A DNA stretch of 64,000 nucleotides from Eledone cirrhosa (taxonomy: Eukaryota), in NCBI GenBank assembly GCA_964016885.1, contig OZ024740.1:287432001-287496000 (forward strand), in the 5' to 3' direction. The translations under genes were made by a program, and so were the position numbers. Of this stretch, positions 23,718 through 37,899 are shown in pieces. The notes below the pieces were generated by a model. It made no database searches, was not told the DNA's origin, and saw only the letters and a program-made list of their open reading frames with translations. Numbering within the stretch: the stretch's first letter is position 1; each line of letters begins with the position of its first letter.

Positions 23718-25224
23718 TCATCATCATCATCATCACCGTTTTTACGTCCGTTCTTCCACGCTAGCATGGGTTAGACGGGTTGTCCTGTTGTGGGCAGTGT
23801 CTGGTCGGCTGACCATGCCTTGCTCATACAGGAACTGATCTGGCTTGATTTCTACAGCTGGATGCCCTTCCTAACACCAACCTCATTTACAGTGAGTGCT
23901 GGGTGCTTTTTCGTGGCGCCTACACGTCCACTTTACAGTGTGGGCTGGGTGCTTTTTTGCCGTGGCACCTCCACGACCACCTTGCAGTGGGGGATGTGGG
24001 GCATATTGTCTATATGCTTCAGCTTGTACCCATGGGAGGTCGGATACTCTGTATTACTGCGTGACGCCAGAGGTCACGGTCGTGTGTCATCACCTTTGAG
24101 AGGTGTAATTGGGTAAGGTCGGCTTTTATCACCTCATCCCAGGGCATCTTGGGTCTCCCCACTCCGCGGTTTCCATCGACTTCTAGTGCTCTGTACCTTT
24201 TTATGCAGCTGTCATCCTTCATACTCATCACATGTCCATACCAACGCAACCGCCTCTCCTGCACACAGCATTTGATTCCTCTTATGCTCAGTCTCTCTCT
24301 CAATTCATTTATGCTTTGTCGTTCGCGTATATTACTATTACACATCCATCGGAGCATGCAGGCTTCATTTCTCTCTAATCTACGCAAGTCTTCCACTTTC
24401 AGCGCCCAGGTCTCACTACCATGCAACATCGCTGTTCGGATACACGCATCATACAGTCTGCCTTTCATTTTGAGGGAGAAGCCTTTTGCAGCTAGCAGTG
24501 GTAGTAGTTCCCTAAACTTCTTCCATCCCATTCTTACCCTAGTTATTGTACTTTCTGAACACCCACCTCCGCTGCTAATTCGGTCACCTAGGTAGCAGAA
24601 ACTTTCTACTGTTTCTACAGAGCCCTCCCAGAGATTGGTGGTACTTGTTTCCTGTGGCTGTTTGCTGCTTGCTGTCCCAGCACAGCTGCTGCATGTGAAG
24701 CCTACATTCTTAATTAAGCTTCCTGAGTTCCCACTACATCACTTGTGTACCCATTGTTTGCATTTGGTGCAGAGAATGGAGTTCCTACCTACACCTTTCC
24801 TACATACTGAGCAAGGCCATTTTCCTGAGGGGATCTGGGTTCTGTCTTCTCGTCTATTTACAAGGACCTTAGTCTTTGTCATGTTGACTTTGAGACCCTT
24901 TCTTTCTAGTCCCTGCTTCCAAGTTTGGAATTTCTTCTCTAGTTCTACCATAGATTCAGCTATAAGTGCGAGGTCACAAGCATACAGGAGTTCCCATGGG
25001 CATCCGGTCTTAAACTCCTCCGTTATTGCCTGCAGGACTATGATGAACAGGAGGGGGCTAAGAACAGAGCCCTGGTGGACCCCAACCTGTACGCTAAATT
25101 CCTCGCTATACTCGTTGCTAATCCTAACTTTGGTGACTGCTCCCCTATAAATGGCTTGTACCGCTTTCACAAGCCATTCATCTACTCCTAGTTTTCTAAG
25201 AGCCCACCAGATTACATCACGTGG
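23718..25224 (-). mobile_element. 5'-truncated RTE family A
   Basis: ORFs 24739-25248 and 24019-24531; highly similar to 2530-3835 in reverse. Confidence 0.95.
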
Positions 25225-26148
25225 AACATATATTAACATTTTTTTCACAATTGCCCTACTTACTTTGGCAATACAATTAAAATATTTTCAACAGTTGTCC
25301 AATTAAAATATCCTATTTACTTCAACAGTACCTATATTTAAATATCCTTTAACTTTTTGATACTAGACCACACAAAACTGCCTCTATTTCTAAGAAACAA
25401 AACTACCCATTCTTAAGTGTTCCTGCTTGAATTAAAACCTTCCAACATAATTTGGTAAAAGAACATTTTGTTATGTTTATAACAATGAAATTATATGAAA
25501 TTATAATTTTAGTAAATCTTTCCCAAATTCTTCATTAATTAATTAAAATAGAAAGAACTTCCTTAAAAATAGGGTAACAAAAGGCTTAATGTGCTGTACC
25601 TATTTTGACAGTAGATATACTAAAATCTGCCAAATCAATCATTACCACTTTCTATATATTTAAGATTTTATGACTAATTCAGAAAGTATGTATGTGACAA
25701 GTACAGACAGACATGTTGAAACAATGTCTGCTTCCTGATCACATGCTCTCACTGGTCACATATCTGGGACAGTACTACCATTATAAACATAAACATCCTA
25801 GATTTCATTAAAAAATTCTATCACTAATACACTACAACCACAAGTTTGTAGACATGCAGTTTTTTTCTTTCTACTTGTTTCTATCATTATTATAATGGCC
25901 TCAGAAATAAATACCGACACACTCTCTCCACCCATTTCTTCTTCCTTATAACTAAAGACTTCGGTCAATCCTTCTTCCGGAAGAAAAGCAGCTATCTGGA
26001 ACCTCTACATAACCTACAAATGTTCAAACTAAACATGGATCTTACCAGTCTAGAATGATCATAATCACAGCCCCCTCCGCACTTGACTAACTAATAAAAA
26101 AAAAATTAACTTCAATTTGAACCTGAAACAATCTTCACAACAAAACTA

Positions 26149-26516
26149 TTGTATATACTCAAATATAAGCTGACTCCTATTTTATGTCTGAGAAATAGGT
26201 AAAAATTGAAAAAACCGTTTATAAACCAGATGGTGTGGTTTTGAAATTCTTATGAAGTTTAGATGTTTTGATATTTAAAATGTTTTAAGTGCTGTTTAGA
26301 GTATACTCTTTGTTTCACAACTCCACTATGTAATGATTTTTTAACAATTTCTGACTGTTTTGATAGCCATATTCATTCAAATATGTTTGAACCTCATTTA
26401 CATATAATTTTGAAGTTGGTGTGAATTGGAAAAATATTGAACTCAAATATATGCTGACCATCATTTTACCATCGATTTTTTGGTCACATATTTTTCGGTT
26501 TATAAAGTATATACGG
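26149..26516. mobile_element. Non-autonomous TcMar-Tc2/pogo-like element
   Basis: TA flanks; TIRs (CC/TT)GTATATACT...TATAA(G/A)C(C/T)GA; internal repeat of the TIR motif at ~26441. Confidence 0.7.
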
Positions 26517-26949
26517 TAAGTGTTATTACATGGATAATAAATATAACATGATCTTCAGCAATACATCTGTATGATACTTGTCAGATACATTCTATTACTG
26601 TGCTGCTGCTACTGGTGATAATGATAGTAGTGGTGGTGGTGGTGATAGTAATAGCATTTAAACTATGGTTGACTGAAAGAAATTTAGTGATGAGGTTAAT
26701 AATATTTAAGAGACTGTCTGACTGAATGTTGCCACAGCAATAAGATTTAAAAACTAAGGAATAAAGATATATATATATATTGAGTGAAGGCATCTGGTTT
26801 GATAAAAGCAGTGCAGATGATGAGGAGAAAGGAATGTTATATGCTGATATGCTGGTGGTAAACATATTAGAAATTGGCAAGTAGATACTTAAAACGTTTC
26901 AGAAGACTGAGAAAATTAAAACACCTAAGGAATGACTAATGATGGGACC

Positions 26950-27165
26950 AGTAACTAAGGCACCTCTATGTTGTTGCTGAAACTGCTAGAAATACTAGCA
27001 AAATTCCCCTTTATTCATACCCTACTGTTTTAAGAAAAGAACACAAGGGATAATGTATTTCTGGATACACTGTTATATCTGAAATTTAGAACAGGTTGAT
27101 CACAGCTAGAATGTTTTTCATCATAAGTCTGCTAAATCCCAGGGGCTAAACAACATCAACAACAA
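26950..27165 (+). mobile_element. Third short interspersed family (also 23190-23380, 32960-33160, 42800-42975, 42440-42630 -)
   Basis: Shared TGCTAGAAATA...GGATAATGTAGTCC...GGGGCTAAACAAC(AAC)n. Confidence 0.7.
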
Positions 27166-27237
27166 TTGAGAAGAAGTAAAAAATATATAATTAGAGCAGC
27201 ATTGAATGATGAACATAAAAACCCACCATGAAATAAT

Positions 27238-30200
27238 ATCATCATCATCATTTTACGTCCACTTTTCCCTGCTTGTAAGGGTGGGACAGGTCCTATTCAG
27301 TACAGCATCTCTCCACTTGTCACGGTCCTTCGTCATCTCAACCGTGAACTTCAGCGATCTGAGGTCTGCTCTTACCACCTCCGCCCATGTTTTTCGTGGT
27401 CTACCTCTATCACGTCTTCCTTCAACTGGCAATTCTTCACCCATCGGTCATCCTCCATGTGCATCACATGTCTATAGCATTGCAGACTCCTCTCTTGCAC
27501 ACTACGATCTATCCTTCTCAGACACAGTTTCTCTCTCAACACATCCATGCACATTGACGTTGCATATCCAACGGAGCATGTTTGCCTCATTTCTTTCCAG
27601 CCGTCGCATATCCTCTGCAGCATTGCGCTCCTCACACAGGCATCATATAACTGGCCTTTCGTACGCAGGGAGAAACCTTTCTTCGTCAGCAGCTCCCTAA
27701 ACTTCTTTCAGCCCGTCCGTATTCTAGATACTATGACCTCGGAACAACCACCTCACATGCTAATCTGATCTCCTAGGGACCGGAAGCTATCAACCACTTC
27801 TATAGCACCCACCTGCATTTGAAAAATGTGTCTATCAATGAGACTTCTACTGTCTAATTTCCCTGTACATCTACTGCATACGTATTTTTCCCTACCTGTT
27901 TGCCTGCTATCCCACTACATCTCTTGTGTACCCAAGATCTGCATTGTGTGCATTTTATAGAATTTATGCCAGTTCCTTTTCTGCATATCAAACATGGCCA
28001 TTTCCCTGACGGAATCAGCGTTTTACCTCTTTTCTACTTATCAACACTTTTGTCTTAGCTAGGTGCACTCTCAGTCCTCTTGATTCCAACTGCTGTTTCC
28101 ATAGCCAGAATTTATTCTCTAGCACCTCTACTGATTCTGCTATAAGTACCAGATCGACAGCATAGAGAAGTTTCCATGGACAGCCAGTCTTAAACTCCTC
28201 TGTTATGGCTTGGAGGACTATAATGAACAAGAGTGGACTGAGGACCGAACCCTGATGTACTCCTACTTGTATCTGGAATTCCTCACTAAACTCCATTCCT
28301 ACCCTCACTTTACTGACAGCACCTCTGTACAAAGTTTGCACTGTCCTCACAAGCCATTCCTCAACACCAAGTTTCCTCAGGGACCACCAGATGACAGATC
28401 GGGGTACCCTATCAAAGGCCTTCTCTAGGTCAACAAAAGCTAAGTATAGTGGCTTATTCTTCTCAAAGAATCTCCCTTGTAATTGTCTCACCAAGAAGAG
28501 GGCATCTGTTGTACTTTTCCCAGGCACAAAACCAAACTGCATCTCATCTAGTTTGACCCTTTCTCTAATTAGTTGTGCTAATTTCCTTTCTGCCACTTTC
28601 ATAACCTGATCCATCAGTTTTATTCCCCTATAACTGCTCCTCTCCAGAGCATCCCCTTTACCTTTGTAGCAATTTATGAGAATACTGGTGCACCAGTCTT
28701 TGGGTATGACACTGCCATATATAGCCTGATTGATGATGCATGCAACCAGTTTAGTGCCTACGTCCCCTGATGCCTTCAACATCTCAGCAACTATCCCCGA
28801 TGGTCCAGTGGCCTTACCATTTTTCATTTCCTTAATCGCCTCTTGGACCCTATATTCATCAATCTCAATAGCTGGTCCCTCTGTCGGATCTACTGAAGGT
28901 AATTTCTCTCTCTCATTCGTACTCCATATTCATCAGTCTCTCATAATGACATTTCTAGGCCATTTCTGGACACATTTATCATCAACAACATCCTGATTTC
29001 TATTGACACACTGCCTTGCAATGTGGAACACCACACGTCTCTGATCCTCCCATCACAGAACATTGGCAAACCTCCTACTCTCAGCCTCCCTGTGTGCTAA
29101 GTACACCTGACATCTAGCTTCTCTCTTAGCGGCTGTATATCCTTCTCTACTCCCACCCTTTTTCCAAGCCTTCCATGCTAGTCTTTTGTCTCTAATGGCC
29201 CTATCTACTGTGCTGTTCCACCACCAGGTCACTCTCTGTCTGGTTGAAGCTCTGCTCCAGCCACAAGTTAGCCTGCAGTAAGTTGTCTCGTACGAAATTC
29301 CAGTTATCATCTAGGTCATACAACTCTACATCGTCTTCTTTTTCGTCATACACATCTTGAAGGGATTTCCTAAATTTGTATTTTAGTGAAAGGTCTTTTA
29401 GCTTCCAGACCTTTCTTGGCCACACCTTCCTGTATGTCTCATTCTGTCTCTTGCTTACTGAGATATCACTAACGACTAACCTATGCTGTGGGGTACATTC
29501 TTCCCCAGGGTATGCCTTGGTATTTGACACCATCTGCCTGTCCCGTTGCCTAACTAGTAAGAAGTCAATCTGGCTTATGTGCTCACCTGATTTGTAGGTT
29601 ATTAGGTGATTGGCAGGTGTCTGGAAGTTTGTGTTGCAAATAGTCAGTGTACTTGCATCACAAAATTCAAGAAGTCTCACTCCTTCTTCATTTCTTGAGT
29701 CGTAACCGTGCCCACCATGTACCCCAGTGTAACTATCCTGGAGCTGTCCAACATGACCATTGAAGTGCCCTGCTAGCATAATGATGTCTCCATCCTCTTG
29801 TCATTGCGGCTGTTTGTAAAAGTTGCTCGTAAAAGCAGACTTTCTCTTCTTTACCTAGGCGTGCCTGGGGAGCATAGGCAGATATGATTGTCAGTAGTCC
29901 CCTGCCTACAACTAATCTAAGCTTAATTATTCTATTATTAACTCAAACTACCTCTATTGTCTTATTAATCCACCTCTCAGCCAGTAATATGCCCACTCCA
30001 CCTAACCCATCATCATTACCCACCCAGAAAAGCTTATAACTAAGATGTTTGCCTGCGATTAGTCTCACAGAGGCACCTCTCCATCTCACCTCTTGCACGC
30101 AGCACACATCCACATGCCTTCTCTCCAGCATCTCCGCTATCTCACCAGATCTACCTGTTAGAGTGCCAACATTAAGTGCTGCAACTCTGAGATGTGATGC

Positions 30201-30958
30201 CTTCATATTCTTGTTCCTTTTCCTGTAGTGCGATTGCTTAATGATGGTCAGGAGGGTTCTCGCACATGGCCTCACCAGCCACCCCACTACCGTGCCAACC
30301 CTAACATGGTTAGTGTTATTGCTGTTTACGCAGTTCTTGTTGTTGTTGTGCGATTTCTTGACGGTCGGGGGGTTCTCGCACATCGCCGCCCCAGCCACCC
30401 CACTACCCTGCGCAGCCCTAACATGGTTAGTGTTATTGCTGTTTATGCAGTTATTGCGATATATATTTGTTGTTGTGCTCATAATTGTTTTGGCATTAAT
30501 ACACTGGTTGGATGCCCTTCCTAACACCAGTACCACTCTACAGCATGGACTGGGTGCTTTTATTCGTGCCACCAGCACTAGAGAGGATGTCTTACTGGAC
30601 TCATGGGCCCTCTCTACCCCTCCATTTTACAGCATGGTCATAACAATAATAACAATAATAATAACACTATTAATAATTATTAATTAATGCAATCGTGCAA
30701 TGCCTGTGCGTGAAGAATATTTTTAAAGTGAGGAAAGACTGTGCACTGAGCCAACTCCACTCTCTGAGCAACAGTAGCCATAACCCGAAAAGAAGAAAAG
30801 ATCAATATCATCGGTAACTACTGAGCCGTAGGTTTTATGTTGGAGTTAACCCAGTTTCCTGAGATGCCTTCTCCTAGAAGAATGCCCTGACAAGGGCTAG
30901 GGGTCCTTCACTCCCAGTGGTTTAACTGCACGATCGGGTATCCAACCCCACGCAAGAA
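27238..30958 (-). mobile_element. Near full-length decayed RTE family B (5' UTR, APE, RT, (GAT)n tail)
   Basis: ORFs 29943-30578 (LNVGTLTGR, CCVQEVRWRG), 29201-29779, 28015-28827, 27253-27635; 5' UTR motif CTAGGAGAAGG. Confidence 0.95.
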
Positions 30959-31510
30959 AAAATATATATATATATAATAAAATAATTCATTAAATAATCT
31001 ATGAACCAAATTGTTAAGATATTCTGAATAAAGTTTTTGGTGATATCAAATGATAGATCTGAAATATATATAAAAGCTAGATAGAGCAACCTTTAAAGTA
31101 GAGAGTGAGAATTCTTTTAGTATTAGGGGTGATTTTCAAGTGCATGAGAACCTGTGAGGGTAACCTGCACTAAGAAAAATAATTGCTTATTAATTTTACA
31201 AATTCATATTAAATTATATCAAATTACAGTTTTAGTATGAAGAATGAAATTCTTTTTGTACATATAGGATCTTATAGATTTCATCAGTGGGTGTTCTCAA
31301 ATTTGAGTGCATGTGATATTTTGGCCCACAGTGGTGATGAAACTATGGCACAGGTAACCTTTTATCTATTAACTGTCACTTCAAGAGTGAGTGCATGGGC
31401 TCAGTAAAAAAGTGTGTGAATGGGCTACTTAAAAAGAAAAGTGATCATCTAGTTAAAGTGGAAATATGTACATTACTTTAATCTCTGAGCTTATTGGCAT
31501 TGCCTGTCAT

Positions 31511-31922
31511 TAACCCTTTTGATACCAACACACTCAAAATCTGGCTCTGGTTCTATGAAAGCCATCAATTCTAAATGGATTGTATTTGAATTAAAACTTT
31601 CCAACAAAATTTTATATAATAACTTTTTAAGTTATCTTAGTAATGAAATAAAAAAATTTTCATTAATTATTTGAAATACAGTGTACTTCATTAGAAATAT
31701 GATCACAAAAGGGTTTTCTTTAAACCTTTCATGACCATATTTCTCATTAAATGTATTTCAATGAATTTTGAAATAATCAAGAATTTTGAAGATTTTAGTA
31801 ATAAGTTTTCCATTAAGTTCTTACATAAAATTATGACAGAAAGTTTTAATTTAGACATTTTAAAATGGACAGTTTTATCACAGAAACAGGCAGTTTCAGG
31901 TGAGTTAGTATTGAAAGTGTTA
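31511..31922. mobile_element. Two adjacent piggyBac-like MITEs in inverted orientation (similar copies at 25327-25590 and 35705-35961)
   Basis: TTAA-CCCTTT...AAAGGG-TT termini; shared internal AATTAAAACTTTC motif. Confidence 0.6.
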
Positions 31923-33469
31923 AGAACATTTCAAACATTTTGTTCTTTTACTCAATAAGATAATTTGTAAAATGCATGTAACTCCCGAGGGAGTCGTAGG
32001 GATACTGTATTGACATACAGCATTTCTAGGGCATTTTAAAACCTGGTGGAGCCCATCTCCTCTCCAGGTCTGAATAAAGCAGATTTCTTCCAGAGAAGGA
32101 TAGAGAGTGAGAGAATGGAAATGAGAAAGGGACATAGATCAACCTTGAATGGATGAAAAGTAAAGTTGACCTCAGTGGGATTTGAATTCAAAGAGTAGAA
32201 AGCCGAAACAAATACCACAAAGCATTCTATCCGATGTTCTAACGACATTGACAATTTACCATCAATTTGTAAAATACAAATAACAAAAAATGAAAAAATG
32301 AGGACACATGCTCTTAAAAATGTTCACTACTCATGCTTGAGTCTTCACAAAATTCAGTTTTAAGTTAACTGCATTACAGATGTCCACAATTAGATCCACT
32401 CACTATACAGTCATGTCAGATGAACTACTATACATTTCAAATATGTGTGCTTACACTCATTATCATTAATACTGATCTTCATAGTTAAATAAACAGTATT
32501 AACGCTTTACACCCTGTACCACATGAAACCACAAGACATTCTTAAAAAGTACAAAACAGTACCATGATTGCATCACAATTTAAAATTTCCTGTCTGCAAA
32601 TCTGACTTCAAATTTCTACAATAATTTGTCCACTAACAAAGAAAATATAAACATTTGAGTTAACAAACCCATTTTTAGATATTTTCTGTTAAATCATTAT
32701 GGAATGTAAAAAATATCTTCTTCAGTGTACAAAAAGAGGTTATCTAGATAGTGTAACCAATGTATTCATATAAGGTGTGTTCAAAAGTAGGTAGATAAAA
32801 GTAAACAATGTAAATACTTAAAGAGCACTAATAAGGTTGTCTAAACAGCACAGTGAAGTTATTACTCTCATTGACTAACCCAGTTATTATAGCTTACCTG
32901 ATTTATGGCACAAATGTAGCTGATTGAACATTCTGGAGTGACTCAATTGCATACAAACCAACAAAGAAACCTCTACACAATGGTTCAAATTGCTAGAAAT
33001 AGTAAACAATTTTCCCTCAAATTACACCCTACCATCTTAAAACAGAAAGGACACATTGGACAATGTAGTCCTAGATGTACAAGGATACATCTGGATAAAA
33101 GATGAGATGATCACATATTTGCTAACTCAGAGTTGACCTGTAGGCTAGACAGTAACAACTGACAGATGTATCATGCCAGGTATATCATGCTTAAATATGG
33201 TCTAAAACAATCAAAATATTTAGTTTTGTGTGAAGAGTGAAGTGTAGTGATAGTCAGGACATCTTCCATCTAATTCATGGGAGATCAGTTTACTGTATTC
33301 ATAAGTAATATGAATGTTGGCTGAAAAACATCTGTAGCATATTAATGGATGATAGAGACATGTTAATGCTGTGATGAGGGGGATCCTTCTATTTAAGTCT
33401 ATATTTCTATGAGACAAATAAAGACACAGGAACATCAGAGATAGTCGCCAAGATATTAAAAGCATAGTC

Positions 33470-33940
33470 AATCAGGTAATACAAGACAGGGTCATGCTCA
33501 ATGACTGGTGCAGCAGTACAATTGTAAATTGCTACAAGGAAAAGTGTGATGCTCTAAAAAGGAGCAACTACAGAGGAATAAACCTAATGGACCAAGTTAT
33601 GAAAGTGATGGAAAAGCTAATTAGGGAAAGTGTCAAATTAGACGAGATGCAGTTCGATTTTGTGCATAGAAGTTCTACTGATAACCTCTAGCCAAGAATA
33701 AGCCACTATTTTTAGCTTTTGTTGATCTAGAAAAGGCCTTTGACAGAGCCTTAATCTCTCATCTTGCTGTCCTTCAGGAAATTAGGTGTAGAAGAATGGC
33801 TTGTGAGAGCAGTACAAGTCATGTACAGAGAAGCTGTCAGTAAAGTGAGAGTAAGAAAGGAGTTTAGTGAGAAATTCAAGGTACATGTTGAAATTCATCA
33901 GAGTTCAGTCTTCAGTCCACTTCTGTTCATTATAGTTCTC
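33470..33940 (+). mobile_element. RTE RT fragment
   Basis: NYRGINLMDQVMK, LRKLGVEEWLV-like text. Confidence 0.9.
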
Positions 33941-34532
33941 ATTATATATTCAAATCCCACCGAGGTTAACTTTGCCTATCATCCTTACGGGGTCGATAAA
34001 ATAAAGTACCAGTAATGCACTGGGATAATTGCTGGCCTTGTGCCAAAAGTAGAAATAATTATATATTCATAGAATATTATAATATATTTCAAAACTAATT
34101 ATTCCCATTGCTAACAATGAGACATTAATCTGTAAAAAAAAGATGAAAAATTTCTATTATTTTTTGGTTTTTGTGGGCTCAGATTGTTCTGCCAATCAGT
34201 AACATCATATGATGACCCAATAAATCAATTGACCAATCAGAATTGCCATATTATGTGGTTGCCAATCAATATGTCAGCATATACAAATGAGGTCACATTG
34301 CCAAAAGTTTTCAGAGAATTTTATGCAAAAATTTAATTATATTTCATAATGACAGCTGGAAGCAGTTTGTTGACTTTTCAATAATTAGGCCATAATATGA
34401 GGGGTTGGGAGAACCTCAAATTATAAACTGGTTGGATATACATCCCTAATAAAGAATTCCAATGTCTCCCTGTACAGCAGGTGTGCTCAGTAATTTTCCA
34501 ATGTGCAGTTAATAAAGATATATTGATATAAT

Positions 34533-34835
34533 GTGAAGGCGTGTGGCTTTGTGGTTAGGGTATTCAGCTCACAATTGTAAGGTCGTGAGTTCAATTCCTG
34601 GCAGCATGTTGTGTGCTTGAGCAAGACACTTTATTTCACATTGCTCCAGTCCACTCAGCTGGCAAAAATGAGTTGTACTCGTAGTTCGAAGAACCAGCCT
34701 TGTCACACATTGTGTCACATAAAGGGTACGTATGGATGTGGAATGCTCAACCACTTGCATGTTAATTTCACAAGCAGGCTGTTCTGTTGATCAGATCAAT
34801 AGGAACACTCATTGAGTAACCGACAGAATGTCTCC
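34533..34835 (+). mobile_element. tRNA/CORE SINE with a different tail
   Basis: GGCGTGTGGCTTTGTGGTTAG head; CORE-like CTTGAGCAAGACACTTTATTTCAC. Confidence 0.8.
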
Positions 34836-36670
34836 ATTGATGTAATGTAGACTATTCTTAGTCAACTGAATAATCCATGCTAATTAATCAGTTGTCTAAG
34901 TTTCTGCTGTAGTATACAGGTGATATGATTTTTTTAATATATAGTTCATGAAAATTTATGTTAATTGACAATAGACCAATTTCATGGTTTTTATAGAGTG
35001 AAGGGATATTTTCCAACTGTTAGCATTCATTCAACAACTAATTTCAAGTATACAATTAGTGAAAGTTTCTGTAGAGGAAATGTGAGACTGGGTTGATTTT
35101 GTGATGACATTCACCAATGATAAGAAAGTAAAAATGTTATGTATATGTATTTATGTACAGATATAAGTATATATGTGCATACCTGCTAGACTAGAGGGAA
35201 GAGGAAGAAGGTATCCTCAAACCAGAGAACAGGCCTGACTGATTGCAACAGAAGGGACTCTGCTAAAGGCACCTAAGTTTTAATTGATTTAATCAACACT
35301 AACTACTTGCCCCAAATTAGAACAGGTAAACCAGACCCTTGCATGTCTTAGGAGATGACTATAAGGGTTGGAGTCAAGAAGAGGATCTGGCTGTAAAAGA
35401 TTTCCTCAAAAGATCCCATGAGGAGTATTAAACTCATGATCATTATATCTGAATAAAAAATGGTTTAGTCACAGCTGGAACGCTTTTGGTCATAGGCCTG
35501 AGGTTAAACAACAACAACCTCATATTATTTAGTTCTGTTCAGCTATGCTCTGAGATCAAATCCCACCAGTGTTGACTGTACCATTTAAAACTTACAGATC
35601 AAGTAAATAGTTATCAATATTGTTTTTTTTTTAAATTCTAATTCCATTCATACCCAGGATATTTTATAAGAATATGAAATCTGCCACAGTATTTGACTAG
35701 TACTTAACCCTTTTGTTACTATATTTGTACTAAAAGACACTGCTTATGATTTTCAAATAGCTTTGAAAAGAATCAAGAATTTGGAGGAATTTTATATATA
35801 TCACTAACTTTCTATATTAAGATGCTGTTCATAGCATAAAATGGTTCTTACATAAAATTGTGATGAAAAGTTTTTAATAGATATAAACACTTTAAAATAC
35901 ACAGCTTTGTATTGTTGAACCAAGGGTGGTTTCAGACAGTTTAGTTAATCAAAAGGGTTAATTTTATGCCATCCACACCCTTCTCTGGGAGGATGAAAAT
36001 CAAATTTAACCTGGATGGAATTTGAACTCAGAATGCAAAGTGTCATAACTAAATACCAAAAGCCTATCATAAAGAATTCTACTATTCTAAATACATCTAT
36101 TCTTCTCAGTATAAGTACTTTCTATAAATTACATAATAATTGTTTCTACTTTTGGCACAAGGCCAGTAATTACCCAGTACATTACTGGTATTTTATTTTA
36201 TCGAGCCCGTAAGGATGAAAGGCAAAGTTAACCTCTGCAGGATTTGAACTCAGAATGGCAAGGGCCGTAACTCTATGCGTCAAAGCATGGCGTCCGACAC
36301 CTCTACCGATACTGCCAATCCACCACCCTATAAATTACATAATAATGTCTGTTTTCTGAACTTCTCAAAACAGTGTTATTCTGCTGTGACAAAAAATGGA
36401 GTTCTAGTGTCTCAGGCAGAGATTGTAGTTCATTGCATTGATTGTTGTTGTTGTCCAGCTTTACTGAAGTAAATAGACCTATAATCAAAAGCCTTCTAGC
36501 TATGATCACCTCATTTTTTCTTTTTTCAGACTTGTCCTTCTTATGGCATGGTGTAACAAAGACTTGATTGCCTTTTCTAGCAGAATATATACACACAAAC
36601 ACACATACAACACATATATATTTATATGTTTATTGGCCTCAATCGACTGGAACAGGCAAAAGAATATATA

Positions 36671-36725
<55 letters not shown>

Positions 36726-37042
36726 ATATATATAGTGAGGGAGAGAGACATATACATACATACATATATTAGCAGGGGAAAAGGACATTAAATGATGAAG
36801 ATGATGATATAAGCATATATATGTACAGCTTCTGAGCCTCCCCCTACACCACCAGCCAAATTCTTGTTATACTTTGCTGTTTCTCTTCCCTAACCTCATG
36901 ATCCTCCTCAGATTATTTATTTTCAACTGAAGAGAAAAACATAACTAAAACAAACATTGCAAGTGATATAAAATTTCACACCTCTACATACGTCATACAC
37001 TCTGCTCATTTTCATATTCCAAATACCTCCCCTCCAACACAC

Positions 37043-37075
<33 letters not shown>

Positions 37076-37244
37076 TGCACACATATACACACATATATAC
37101 ATATACATATATATAAACATACATATATATATATTTATTTATATATAGATATACATACACATATACACATACACACACACACATATATATAGATAGATAT
37201 ACATACATATCATCATGCATATATATATATATATATATATATAT

Positions 37245-37412
37245 AACGAAGGAAATGTGGTAAGGAACCAGGTGGACCATAACGCACCAAAGTACTCAAT
37301 ACTTGGGGTAGTAGAGTGGGTAATAGGAACCAGTAAGACCCCGACGGCTGAGCTCAAGAATTAGCCGTCGAAACGGCTTGAGCTCAGCCGTCGGGGTCTT
37401 ACTGGTTCCTAT
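37245..37412. repeat. Short repeat (second copy 44119-44255) ending in a perfect 36-bp inverted repeat
   Basis: 37323-37358 is the exact reverse complement of 37377-37412. Confidence 0.9.
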
Positions 37413-37899
37413 ATATATATATATATACACACACACACATATAGACCATGCAGTATCACATTTCACACACAGGCGTCATACAGTCTTCCTTTTGTATGTA
37501 GGGAGTAAGGCAGAGCTTGGACAAGTTGACAGAGAAGCTAGGATTAAGAGGAATCTGAGGTGGTGTGCAGAAAAGAAGACCGCATTGGCATGGGCATATG
37601 ATGTGCACGGACAATGATCATTGGGTGAAAAAGTGCAAGGAAATCTCGGTGGAAGGAAGAGAGGGTGTAAGAGTTGACCTCAAATCGCTGAGACTCACAG
37701 ATGAGATGACAAAGGAATGCAACATGTGAAGAGATGCTGTACTGAGGAGGAGCCATCCAACTCAACCAAGTGTGGAAAAACGGATGGAAAAACGATGATG
37801 ATGATATAAACACACACACATAAGATGATATAAATAAATATACACAGGCACATTATTGTACCTGTATATTTATTTATATTTATCTTAAGTCACTATTGT

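Noticed and set aside
30860-30958. HDV-like ribozyme at the RTE-B 5' end
   Set aside because: Could not fit the nested double pseudoknot by eye; the extreme 5' end may be truncated
31333-31490. C/D box snoRNA (GTGATGA...CTGA); a similar pair at 22790-22878
   Set aside because: No terminal stem or recognisable rRNA guide; the boxes are common by chance
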